From assembly GCA_013265495.1 (NCBI GenBank), contig MU058065.1, positions 10,209,720 to 10,273,719 of the forward strand: a DNA stretch of 64,000 nucleotides, read 5' to 3'. Below are positions 1-12,717 of this stretch, one piece after another. Numbering within the stretch: position 1 is the stretch's first letter; every line of letters starts with the position of its first letter. The notes below the pieces were generated by a model, which saw only the letters and a program-made list of their open reading frames with translations, was not told the DNA's origin and did not search any database. This DNA is from Vicugna vicugna. Its lineage: Eukaryota. Both the position numbers and the translations under genes were made by a program.

Positions 1-3000
1 AGCTCTTGCTTTGCATCAAAGTTATATTTTTCGTATTTACTTACTTTTGACACAGTTGAAGAAAAAATAAGTGCAATTATACATAGCTAGGTATTATATC
101 ATTAATTAGAGTAAAAACGTGTAATACTGAAGTAATGTGTTCTAAATCATATGTATAATTTTATTCTAGTTCAAGAATATTAATTTACTAATCTCAAAGA
201 GATAAATTAGAGGGGATAATGTTTTTTAAATGTTGTTTAACTTTCACTACATATCAGAGCAAAAAGCAAATTCTTAATTCAACGGTAAGAATTCATAGTC
301 CTTTTAGAGAAGACTTACAAAAAATGTTATTGCTTGTAGATAGGTAAAAATCTGCATAAGTATGGGATTATCAAATCACAAAAAAATACTATATATTCAT
401 ATAATTTTGGAGTCAGTATTTTTCAAGGTTTTTGAGTAATGAATAAGAGATAACATTTAAGAGTATAATTATAACATAAATGAAGATGAGACCAAACCAC
501 ACATTTCCAGTTAAAATTAATAAATGAGTTAGAACTTACTACTTTCCTAAATCTAAATTTTCATAATGATGTTTGTTGAGTATAAGCACTTCAGATCACC
601 AAAAATGAATGTAGATATTTACTTAGCTTAAATTCAATATTTCCTGGATTTATAAAAGTAAACCAAAAATGAATGCATCTTCAACTCAAATACGTTTCTT
701 CTTTTTATAACTCTGGAGCATCCTTCCCTATAAATTATTTAGAGTCTTTTGGAGATTATTCACACTTTCTACATTTAAGCTGAAGATAACTGTCCAGCAA
801 TAAAATAGCATGATGCTCTTTCACTTAGTAACAGTTTTCATTGCTGCATGGCTTTCTGGACAGCTCTTTCAGCTTTCATACACTGAGGTCCAGAATCATG
901 ATTAAAATGCAGAGAAAATTCTTCTCATTATCAATAGTTGTAAATATTTTATGATTTAGATGCTATTTTAGTTGTCAGTAATTTCAAAATGAATAAATCA
1001 GAAAGTAATCAAGTGTACATTTTACTCACTTAAAACATTTTTATAATGGTATTTTCTTCAGAATTTTTCTTTCATTTACCTTTGGCTGCAACAAAATTTT
1101 TATAGTGATAAGCTGGTGGTGTAAATCAGAAACCATTTTATCAGTGAAGAAATGTTACAAGTTGAAATTTAAAGCATACACACTCCTTTTTAAAAGTCTA
1201 GATGCATATTTAACTTTGCTTTTATGTTCAATATGCAACACATTTTGAGTATTTATCTGTACTCAATCTTTGTTTTTGAATTCTCTTTTATGATCATACA
1301 TTTTATCTATTTGACAGAAAGCATTGACATTAACAGACATGAAATACATGCTGACAGAAATATGAATGTGTTCAAAAGACCTTTGACAGATTTGTGAATC
1401 ACAGACCCATATGAGTTATTAAGAGACAATTATCTATGTTGTAGAGAACCAGGACCCTCTTCTAGAAAGCATTTTTGGTGTGTATAAATGTAGCTGTTTA
1501 GATTTATTTTTAAAGTCTTGACAATATTTTCTCAATGATGGATATTATTGCCTTCAATCCTTAGCTAGAATAAATATCTCTATTACTATATAATCCTTAT
1601 TATTAGCTCTTGGTCATTCTTATTTTCCATCCTTGCCTTTTAGGAATAAGGTTAGCTTACATGTCACATTTCGAGGCGTTCAACAATGCTGTCGATTCAG
1701 AACGTCTACTTGAAAGAAAGAAGCTCCAGTCTTGGTGCAGCAATTTTATGATAAACTTGTTAAAGCCAGTAAAATACGTGTGAAAGATTTTTAAAAATGT
1801 AACTCTACACCAATGTGCCTGTGCCTGTCAGAGTAGTACTTCATTTTTCCAAGTACAATTGATTTAGGATGTACGTAAAATTCTCTCACATGCTATTATC
1901 ACATGTCATATTCCAATAATTGTTTCCATTTACTTAAATACCAGCGGAGACAAGATAGACAATAGCCCTTCCCAAACTGCCTCATTAAAAATATATTACA
2001 AGGAAAACATCAACTATACTCGACAGGCAATTCACACACTTTCTAAGCAGGGGAACATTTAACCGTGTTGTTTTTTATACAAGTGTAGCAAAAAATCATG
2101 GTAGTTTGTAATGGTTTGTTGTGAAAACAGGTATAGAAAAAAGGTATTAGAGATGAAGTGTTTGCTTGTTCTAGATCAGAGGGGAAAAAAAGAGCAGAAT
2201 AGAACAATAGATTTCATGGAATTAACTTTCCCGTTTGAATTTTATTCACATCTTGTGTGTGTAAACTACATTTAAGGTGTCTAAAATGCACATATGAAAA
2301 CCATTGCAGAGTCAGATGAAAACAGGGACCATCAGCCATTAATACAATAACTTTCATGTACTATTGTTTGTAAACAATGCAATTGTATGTTTTCAATATA
2401 ATGGGGGGACCTTCTACTGATTCTTAACATACATGTTTAATATCACAAGTGACACTGTTCCTCTCTGTGGTATCATTCAGTTAAGAAAAAATTATGTCCA
2501 ACAGGAATTAGAATCCAGGATTTCCTAAACCTGTCTGCTAAGTGAGTTTGATTGCAGATGGTGCCTCACACATTCATGTTAATTTGTAATGATTTGACTA
2601 AGTGCTGATGTGAAAGAAGTCTTCAATGACTACAGTGCTCTTTTCCCCCGTGGCTCCCTACAAATCATCTCATATACCACAGCACCAGGCTAGAAGCTAA
2701 AAAAATGAATACACCAGTAATTTCTTTTTGACAGTGATTTGACACCCAGCTGATGGGAGCAGCTAACGGTATGACCTCCACACTGTTAGCTCTGCTAAAA
2801 GAGATTCACTTCAAACACCCATGGGGTTATGGATTCCTGCTAATAGCAGCAATCGGATGGCTGATAAGTTTATGGCGGGGTAGAAATGCTTTCTCTATTA
2901 ATTTCCCATCATGTTAAAGCCATTATCATTGGATGTCATCTAGTGAAATGGGGTGAAACTCTCTGAAAGTTGCTCTTAGTTAGAACAATGTATAATAGCA

Positions 3001-5069
3001 GATAGTAGCCAACCAGACTCTTAGAACACTTCCTTTCAGATAAAACTTACACTATTGATCAACAATTACGGGAAACTGAATTTAGGTTAAAAGTTACTCA
3101 CGTGGGAAGGGAGAGAAATGTGCACTTGTGCATGGGGTAGACTTTAATATGAAAAAATTTTAAACTCAAATGATAAATTACAAGCCAAAGCAGCAAAAAA
3201 GGAGACACAGATATATAGGACAGCAGTGTACTGTTCTGTGGGTTTCATATAACTTTTAAGTTGCTCCCATTTAGACTGCTGGCTTCTGATGATCAAAAGT
3301 AAACTGAGAAGGAATATCTTTCATAGTAGGTCATCTTCGTTCAGGCAAACTGCTTGTACAAGCAGTATTACTCAGTAAGTAATTTAAATTCCATGACTAT
3401 TTATTAAATCACACTAAAAATGTAGTGTGAACAAAAGGAGTTTCTTCAGCATTAGGTGGGCAAAAAGAGCTACTAGGGACAAAGTGTTATTTCATATGCA
3501 TAAAAATGTAAAAGGAGGCAGATTAAGAAACTACCTTAAAATTTGGGTATATGTCAAGTTTTATAAAAATGGTAAGTTTTTTTTTCCCAGCATAAATAGA
3601 GCTCATTAAAATCTAAATCATAGATTATTTTTCCATCATCAGCATTATTTTTTGTCACTACTGCTTTGCATAATAATATGAGTATTATGTTAGTATTGAC
3701 TAACAACCAAAATTGCATTTGTTGATCTGTCTTAAATGTTCAAGTAGAACAAGGTACACTTATTTAAGAACTGATTTAAATTTCTTTGTAGAGTCAAGAT
3801 TTTATTTGAAATTCAAGAAAAACTTATGCCTACAAGGGAATACTTATGACTTATTTAAAAAGAAAAAAAAGCCAGATTTAGAGAAAAACTCTAAAGATCT
3901 TTTTGAAATTAAGAAAAATAAATGATACAGTGAATGCTTCTTTGCAAATCATTTAAGTGTGTGACAATATGCTATTCACCTAATGCAAACAGCCTTTTGA
4001 TTATTTTCATTCTTTATATTGGGACATTCTACATGTTTAGCACCCTCTCATATCCCTAAAGAGATTATTATTAAATATAAAAGCATTCCTTAAGAGATAA
4101 CAATTATTAGGCTAACACTGTATTTTCCCCTTTATTTACTTTGGTAAATATACTCACGTGTCACTCAACTCTAGTTATTGGTATAGATAGATATGCATGT
4201 CTGACTACTTTGTATAAATATATCTCACTCAATTCTACTTGGTACTGTTATTTTAATAATTTTCCCCTCCACCTCCAGCATTTTGATAATGGATTTTTCA
4301 TTTGCAGAAAAAAATTTGCTATCAAAAGAGAATATATAGATAATCGAAACTAACTTCTTCAATATCTTGATTAGAACTCTACACCGCAAAGGAAGCACTG
4401 TTACTTGAGCTTGTTAATAACAAAATAGGTACTAAATCCTTGATATTTAGTTCAGTCATGTTTCGGTTAAGCTGTTAAACTACACTGTTGGAACCAAAAT
4501 AAAATGTGTGAGTTCATGTGTATATTTAAAAGCTTTTGTTTTGCATTTCAGTTTTTACATTAACTAAATTATATCACTATTTAATGCATCTAACTCCTCT
4601 TTTTATATAATTAATGAATTAACTATTTTTAATTTTCTCAATTTTTATCATATACAATAATATGTGTTTTCAATAAATGTTTAAATTTTATGTGTATGTG
4701 GTTTCAGGATACAAAGTCCAAAAAGACAGAGATTCCTAGAAAAAATGTGTACATTGTGGACTCCATTGGTAATTTCAGGCTAACAATATTTGGGCTTACA
4801 ATATTTTGAATTCTCTTATAGAGAATAGTAAATAGTAAAAATCATAATAGTAAGTTTGTCTTGGTTATAGTTTAAATTTCTTACAGGACAAGCAATAGTT
4901 TGGTGGTTATACAAAGAACATTGAACATCATTGACTAGAACAATGAGAAAATATTATTTAATAAAAATCTAGAGGCTGTTGGTTTATATGTGTTGTGTGT
5001 TTTTGTGTATGTTTCTTGTGGTGTTGTGCCCATGTAATAAAAAGTGGTTCAGAGTGGCAAATGACATGA

Positions 5070-5225
5070 TAATTAACACTGTAAGTGCTGGCTGGAAACA
5101 GATAGCAATGTGTTTAAATTCTAGCTTTGTTATTTGCTAATTGTGAAACATTAATCAAACTGCTTAAAATCTCCAAATCTTGGTTAAATTATCCATGAAA
5201 CTGTACAATAATTCCCAATATGATA
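5070..5225 (+). mobile_element. MIR-family SINE fragment (degenerate)
   Basis: tttaaattctagctttgttatttgctaattgtgaaacattaatcaaactgcttaaaatctc...aataattccca resembles the MIR core; boundaries approximate. Confidence 0.5.
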
Positions 5226-5249
5226 ATTTCCACTATTGTTCTACAAGTT

Positions 5250-5640
5250 GCCATCCTCTCCTTCTCCACCTTGGAATAAAGTACACCTCCTGGACCACTG
5301 ACGTGGGGTCTGGATATGTGATTTGCTGAGGCTACGGAATGTGACAAGACATAGGTTGGGAGGCTCTAAACAGGGCTTGTGTGATCGGGATTGTCTTCTC
5401 TTGCTTCCAAGATCCACTACAAGAAGGACATACCTCAGGTATTCTGGACCAAAGAGGACAGAAAAGCACTTGGAGGATACCTGAACAAAGTTGGTGAGAA
5501 AGTTCATGGAATAAAAATAAGAGGCATTTACATGAAGAAATAGTCTACAGCCCAGTGAGGCATGATGAACACCTTTAATACTTCTGATTTGGGGCATACA
5601 TTTGTGGTCTTATTTTTTGTCTCCATGTTACGTTGCATTT
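5250..5640 (+). mobile_element. MaLR (MLT1-type) solo LTR, degenerate
   Basis: cactgacgtggggtctggatatgtgatttgct...ggaatgtga...gggcttgtgtgat...cttgcttcc...aagaaggacatacctcagg resembles MLT1 LTR text; locally higher GC. Confidence 0.55.
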
Positions 5641-7159
5641 GCTATTTACTAAACATCCCATTCCTTCTTCTACTCGTCTTGACTTACTTTTCTGTATTTA
5701 GGATCCTGCACAGTGAAAAGAAAAACTCTTGCTTTGAATATTCTTTTCTCTGGGGGATTTACTTTTTTATTTTTCAGGAGGAATTCAAATTCAATTCAAA
5801 ATGATTTCCTTCCCTATAAATTCCAATATTTTCTTTCTGAAACCCTCATCAATTTTATTTAATTTTCCTCTTATTCTATCAATTCATGACTGAGCATGTT
5901 CAGTGAAGCACAACTATCTTATGCAGTAAAACACTTGTCATTTTCTTTTTGCTGCTTACTTCCAAGGAGTAATTAATTTACTGCAGCTATGACACATGAA
6001 AACTATTTTGGTTAAAAAAATCAATTAAAATCCTTTTATGCAAAAAGTAACCTTTAGATATTGTTATGTAGCCATTGTGGTCAAATATTAACAGGAAGAT
6101 GCTAACAAATCTAAGTATGCATGATTGAACAAAAGCCAGAAAGGAAGTGTTACTTTCTAAACACTGACCCATCACTCTTTAGTTTACTTTATTTCAGGTA
6201 AGACCTTAGTGTTATATAAATTAACATTTTCCTTTCTATCAGATTTATAGCTTTATTTTTTTTTTAATCATAAAGTTGGCAATACCAGAAAAAAGAGAAA
6301 TATTCAGGAGAAGGTTGTTTAAGTTATGCTGTCAAAAATCTGACTCAAGGATTATTTTTAAATTATAAAGTCATGATGGTATAACTTTACAGTAAAATAT
6401 ACTGCATATTTTCATTACATTTGATAAACTTAATACACTAATCATTATAAATATATTATTAAATATATTCAATATTTTTATAATGTAATAAATTTCATAC
6501 ATTATTTTACCCATGTTTTCTGCTTGGACCGCTATGTCTTCTCCAATGGAAACAGAAAGCTAAATGCATATTTTAGGCGTCCCACAACATCATCATCATG
6601 ATACCCTGCATAACCACCCATGTGAATTGACATAATTGGTAGTCCCTGTTTAAGGGAATATCTTATCTCTGCTTTCATTCTCAAACATGCGAAATGGAAA
6701 CCAGAAAAAAAGTTAATGCAGTTAGAATGATCATAGTGGGTAGGCTTCTTGGAATAATGTAAAAACAAACAAATCACACACATCCATGCAGCTTCTCTAT
6801 TTTCATGGTTAATGAGTGGGAAATGAAGGTTCTTAAGGAAAAAAACGGGTTGATAGATAACTCAATTTTAAAGCGCAGAATATGAACCAGCTTTAATCCA
6901 TTACAACTGAATTCAGTCTTAAATCAGTTTTATTTGAAGAGCAAGCATACTGATACTAAATGACATTTTTCAAGCCTTTCAAATTTCTCAAAATGTTAAA
7001 ACTGTAGGTGTGTATGAACTTGTCAAGGCCTCTGGGCTCTGTAACATAGTGTTCTAAAGGCAGAGCCTCAAAAATTGATAATCCTTACTGTAAAAACCAG
7101 AGACTCTGTGCACACTTTAAATAACGCAGGTGACATTTTGCTTTGAGACTAGCTTTTAT

Positions 7160-7280
7160 ACATGTCAGTCTCTCACATTAGCCTCTGAAATCCTGAAGAA
7201 TAAGAACCATGCCTAGGATTTAGCCCTGTGCTTGCATAGAGTAGGTGTTCAAGGAAGATTTGTTGAATAGAAATGAGATA
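7160..7280 (+). mobile_element. L2 LINE 3' end fragment
   Basis: gtgcttgcatagagtaggtgttcaaggaagatttgttgaatagaaatga resembles the L2 3' terminus. Confidence 0.55.
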
Positions 7281-8201
7281 GAATCATGCTTGGATTCAAT
7301 TCATGCTGATTCTCTCACATATACTCACAAACTTCACGAGGTCTGTGATGAAGAATAGAAATAAGTTGGAAAACATATGTAGCTAAATAAATTTTAGATA
7401 GTTCTATTTGTCTTCCTTTTCAGGCAGTTGATAATTGGGGAGATTTTGAGGTTGTACTATCTTTTTGTGTAAAGAAAAATGTGTTTAAATCAGATGATCT
7501 AAAGGGAAAGGAAAAAATGGAAGGAGAAAATAGGTTGAAAATTATATGAAGTGAGTTGTTGAGATTCCTTTTACTTGGATGGATAATTAAGTAAAAAAAT
7601 TATTGCGTTGGCATAGGATTTCTGTGTGGCATCTTGGACTTGTGTGTGTAGAGATAAGTGGATAGGCATATGGTACCTGTAGAGAGAATAAGGGAGGGAT
7701 CTAAAAAGAAATGACATCTAAAAGGAAATCTCACAGTTAAAGCGGGTCTTTGCTTGATAGATACTCATGTTGGAGAGCTGAGCACAACAGGATTATTGAT
7801 TCATAGGGTAGAGGAGTTTTGAGTTCTCTGACATATTTCTTCATGTATTATTGAAAAGGTCAAAGTTGTTCATGTTTACAATTATTGCATCAATTTTTCA
7901 GTTCTCAGGGGACAAGTGTGAAGTTTGCTATGCAGATACTACCCTTCTCTATGTAGGCATTTGTTGGAGGAGAAAATAGGCATGTGTAGCAAGAAGATGT
8001 CACTGCTATGCTCCTGTATAAGGTACAGGAGAACCTGAAACTACTGGAACCAACATATTTGCAGTAAGTCTTGGAAGGAAGAAAAGTGTTCACAGAAGAC
8101 ATAATTCTACCACACCAAACTACTCTGTATAGAATGGTGAAGAGAGTCAACAATGGGCATGAACTTTTTGCCATCCTTGTGATTCAGACTAGTCAACTTT
8201 G

Positions 8202-8500
8202 TTTTTTAAATTAAAAAAAAAGTTTTTATTGACGTATAGTTGATGTACAATGTGTTAATTTCTGGTGTACAGCACAGTGATTCAGTTATGCATGTATACA
8301 TATTCCTTTTTTATATTCTTTTTTATTACAAGCTGTTACAAAACATTGAATATAGTTCCCTGTGCTATACGGTGGGACCTTGTTGTTTATCTAGTTTATA
8401 TATAGTAGTGTGTTTCTGCAAATTCCGAACTCCCAATTTATTCTTCCACCTCTTTTTTCCCTACTCTGGTAACTATAAGTTTGTTTTCTTTGTCTGTGAG
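8202..8500 (-). mobile_element. 5'-truncated L1 3' UTR insertion (cetartiodactyl/camelid type)
   Basis: Antisense L1 3' end (tttttattgacgtatagttgatgtacaatgtg...cagtgattcagtt...gaatatagttccctgtgctatac); TSD agactagtcaactttg (8186-8201) / agactagttaactttg (8501-8516), 1 mismatch. Confidence 0.92.
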
Positions 8501-9792
8501 AGACTAGTTAACTTTGCATTGTTAACATCTTTTAAATCCATATCCTTTCTCTTTTGTTTGTTTTTTTTCTTTTCCTCCCTAACTTTGTTTCACTTGGCCA
8601 AGAATTTGACATGGTCTGCTTCATGTTTGCAAATGATTGTGTGTATGTGTATATGGAGTTCAGATCCAGATGTTGGACATAAACTCTGCAGTCCTCTCTG
8701 GGCCTTGTACTGATATTACTCTTGTGAATAATTTATCAAACAGAATCTTAGTAAAGAAACTGTTCTTGGTTTCCTTAGAGCTTTTAGAGCTATCCTTTTA
8801 GAATATATATAAATTATTTCTATATTAGTAAGTATATTTCAGGACAGAATATAAATTACATCCACATTAGTAACTTGTGTTTTGTTTAAAAACCAAAAGC
8901 AGATGAGTCTCATTTTGTTGAGCATGCATTCAAATTAATTAATTAGATTTACTTTTGTGCTAATTGCTATAACTGAGTTACCACTAGAGGTCAAATAGTG
9001 GTATGAGGTTCTTAGAAAGTTACATATATTCTGCTGTCTGAATTTGTGTCTATTTTAATTTTTAGTGCCTCTATATGTTGATCAGCATAGGATTCTGCAC
9101 AAAATTGCTATTTAGATATCAACTATAATCCCTTTGCTTCCAAGAACATAAAGATATTTGTTCCATAAACCATTACTTTTTTTTAGGTAAGACTCAGGGT
9201 ATTAGAGCAATGCTAAAATTGGAAATTTATAGGAAACTAGAAACTATTGAATTAATACAATATTGACATATTGTTACACTCTTCGTTTTTTATAATTTGG
9301 GATTTGAAACACTTCCTAGTGACTTCAAGTTCATAGGTGAAGATTAATGTATTTTGCTGAGACTCATTTGTATTATGATGCTCTCAGGAAGTTTGCTTGT
9401 CTGAACAAATTACTTCAACTGAGGAAAAATGCTAAGAAAATAAATAAAAAGTAATAAAACAAATAATACTGAACTTCAGTTTTCTTGCCTGTATAATGGG
9501 AATAATACTATTAATCAAAATTTGCAAAATTTACATGAGAATGCTGTTTTTACTAAGGAATGCTGACTTTCATTTTCTCTGTCTGTTGAATGTTAGTATA
9601 TATATATATATGTATTTTTTGTATTAAATTACATTATCTTATACTATATATTCACAGGAGTTTATTTTCAACATATACTCAAAAAACACCAGATATACAG
9701 AAACATAATTTCCCATTGTTTACAAGATAATATGAGGACTCAGAATGGAAGTAGAAATGTATTCTTGTCTTAACTTTCTTTTACAGTTTCTA

Positions 9793-10130
9793 TGTCACAG
9801 GACCAGTGCATTGTTTCTTATCTTGAACAATACCCTATGGGTCCTGCATCTTGTTTGATGGACAATGGAGGGTAATTCAGAGTGCCTTTTCTGGAAACTC
9901 TCAGCAACTAGAAATATGCCAGTGAGCCTGAAAGTTCCCCTTGGGTTACCTGTGGGAAATGGGAGCATAAAAATTCCACTTCTCCATTTTCCTAGGGGGC
10001 AAGAGGTGTGAAAATCGATCTTCTGTCAGTCATCACAGAGACCATCCCCCACTCCCTTCATAAAGCTTGGAGTAGTTCGCTCTCCCATTCATTCTCTCAT
10101 TCTCCTTCCCTCCCACCCCCAATAAAATCT
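9793..10130 (+). mobile_element. ERVL-type LTR remnant (LTR16-like)
   Basis: Starts TG (tgtcacagg), GC-richer block, ttcccc...tgtgggaaatgggag...cttctcc motif, AATAAA at ~10121; family assignment tentative. Confidence 0.4.
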
Positions 10131-12019
10131 GATCAGAAGAATTAAGTAGATGCTTAGGATTTCAACTATAATTTTATTAAAGAATGTTGATGGTAAATTC
10201 TACTGTAAAACAAAATTTTAATTATTATACTTCCATAAATGTAAATGTTAAGGCCTTTTATTTATTTATGTAGGGTTTTTTGGTTTGTTTTTTGCCTGAA
10301 AAATAAAATAGCTAGGTTTGGTTTGGATTGATGTATTTTTGAAATGTAAATTTCCTTGTTCCAAGGAGTTGAAAGATGCAAAGAATAAGACACCTCATGG
10401 AGTTAAAATATGTTAGTTAAACATGTAGATTTAATTTTGAACAATTTTTATGCAGAACAATCTTGCTTACAATAAACCTTATCACAAAGCCATGAATCAT
10501 CATCAAATGCTTTAAAATGAATGGAGCCTAGCAATCTAAAGTGTAGTTTTACAATTTATTTTTTAAATATTAGTTTTACAACAAGTTGCCTTTCTATAAT
10601 TTCAAATTGATGGCTTTGGGGGCTTTATAGAATGTATATATCTTATGAAATACTTACACCAGACATAGAAGTATAACTATCTGTGTAAGACCATTAAAAT
10701 CAATTTCAAGATGTGACTAGAGAGTATTTCTTCAATTTTACAATTCTTATAAATAAACGTTCTCTTTAAGTAGGTATACACAGAAAATAGCATAATGATT
10801 AAATATCTGATTAACAGATAATACTGTCATTTAAAAGTAGTAGTAGATTCTATCTGGTTTATACGAATAATGTTTGAATATTTCCCCTTTTGAAAGTAGC
10901 AGAGTGAGACTTGTTGAACACACTGAAATTTGTTTATTTGCTTTGGTGTCTTTACTCACAGAAAGTAAAAGTACATTGATTTAATCCCTTTTTTTCTATC
11001 ATTTAGTTATTTTATTACAAGTAGACAGGATGATTTCAAGCAATGTTGCAACGTGATACAGCTCTTCCACTATTAATCAACATACAAAATTCAGAATTAA
11101 CGTTACTTGAAAATCTTCTACTTGAGGCTAAAAAAATCCTTCCAACACATTCAGATTTCCATAATACTACACCAAGTGCAGATTGCGATAACCAGATAAA
11201 TTTGGCCTCTATTTGTAAAATGCTGAAAAATTTAATTGACTAAGTCTAAAAAGACTGATTAACAGAAGAGGATGAGAAAATACAATAAAATATTAAACAA
11301 ACATCTGTATTCAAATATCAAAACTTTTACATTAACAGTACACCTCCCAAGTTTCCAAGACTACATTGTGTCAAAAGTCTCAGTGAGTCTTTGTTTACAA
11401 CCTATCAGTTTCTCCAAAGGGGAAAATTTTCAGTAACCTTTAATTTATCTTCTTGTTCATTTTTCAATAGAGCACTTCAAACTTTTCTTTATGGAGAAAA
11501 TTTCCATGTTAATTCATATTCTCAATGCTTTAGGACTGGAAGAAGTGCAAATTAAGGATCAGAAGGTTAGTTATGAAAATGTTTTTTGTAATCAAGATTT
11601 AGTTTCTTGACCAATAATTAAAGTTACTGTTTTCTGCTATATACAGTATTAAACACATTTTCCACCTCTTTAATTTTATGCTAATACTATATAATTCTGA
11701 AATTATTATCACACATATAAGTATTGTATTATCAAAAGACACAAGAAATATGAGGATAAGCCATTAGGAAATTACTGTGTTTGATGAAGGAAAGTCATCA
11801 AATGTTGGAATTCAAATATATGGTTCAACCTAATACTAAAATAAATTTTCCAAGTATATACTCTAAAAATTACAAAATATTTTCACCAAGGCATTTGCTC
11901 ATTTATTAAAAACAATATTTATAGGTAAGTTTCCAAACCCTTAGACAGTTCAAAATCCTCTCCATGCATTAAGAATTTAATCTATTTTTAAAAAGCCTAT
12001 TTACTAGAAACAAAAATTA

Positions 12020-12152
12020 GCTCCATTTTACAGATAAGGAGCCTAACATTTAGAGCTTGCATTAATGTGTCCAAGATCACACAGCAAAGACATGATAACC
12101 AGAGTCTGGATCCAGTCCGTTTGGCTATGAGACCTGTGGTCTCAACTACCAC
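12020..12152 (-). mobile_element. MIR SINE fragment
   Basis: ctccattttacagataaggagcct...gtccaagatcacacagc... is the MIR core in antisense. Confidence 0.7.
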
Positions 12153-12176
12153 AATAAAAACAAGCAGATGGTAGTA

Positions 12177-12717
12177 TAGTCTGTTTTGCTATGTGCTTGT
12201 TTTCAAAATGTGAATTTGTTTCAATGCAATTGATATATTAGGGAACACTTTGGGTTTGTTTAGGCACGATTTCATCTGAGAACGCTGCATACAGGTGGAC
12301 CAAGCCACAATGAGATACATAAACTGCATGCATATCTCAAACATCTATCACTACCTCTGAGGTTAGGACCTTCCTTTCAATTTCAAATAACCCTCCTTCC
12401 TTCACCACTTCTCAGTGAATAACAAGGTGAACCCTTCCCATGACAACTACCACAAGCAAACTTCAAGTATTTTTCAAGAGAAAGTGCCGTATTTGTCATG
12501 ACAAATATGTATTTCTTAACTACTTAATAAGCATAAAGTTGTGATACAATTTTTATGATTTTATGTCTCTACCATTTTTAGGTCTTATTGATGAAAATTC
12601 TGAGTATGTGTTGCTAACTCCATTTCCCCCATAAACCCTGCAATTTTTATTGGCTGATTTTGTACAGTGCAGTGAGTTTTAGGAACACACATGTCCCATT
12701 ATAATAAAACTGACAGC
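12177..12717. mobile_element. Old TcMar/Tigger-like non-autonomous DNA transposon
   Basis: Degenerate terminal inverted repeats: left tagtctgttttgctat, right ataataaaactgacag; internal gttttcaaaatgtgaatttgtttcaatgcaattgatatattagggaac resembles Tigger-type MITEs. Confidence 0.55.

Noticed and set aside
5241..5804. ORFs of 118 and 80 aa
   Set aside because: Overlap an MLT1-type LTR; no protein family resemblance
6532..6783. 83-aa - strand ORF containing GGYAGYHDDDVVG
   Set aside because: No recognisable domain; the DDD comes from a short (cat)n run; no convincing splice donor in frame
8240..8713. 157-aa ORF (longest in the track)
   Set aside because: Mostly antisense L1 3' UTR plus T-rich flank; starts at TTG; F/L/C/Y-biased composition typical of spurious frames
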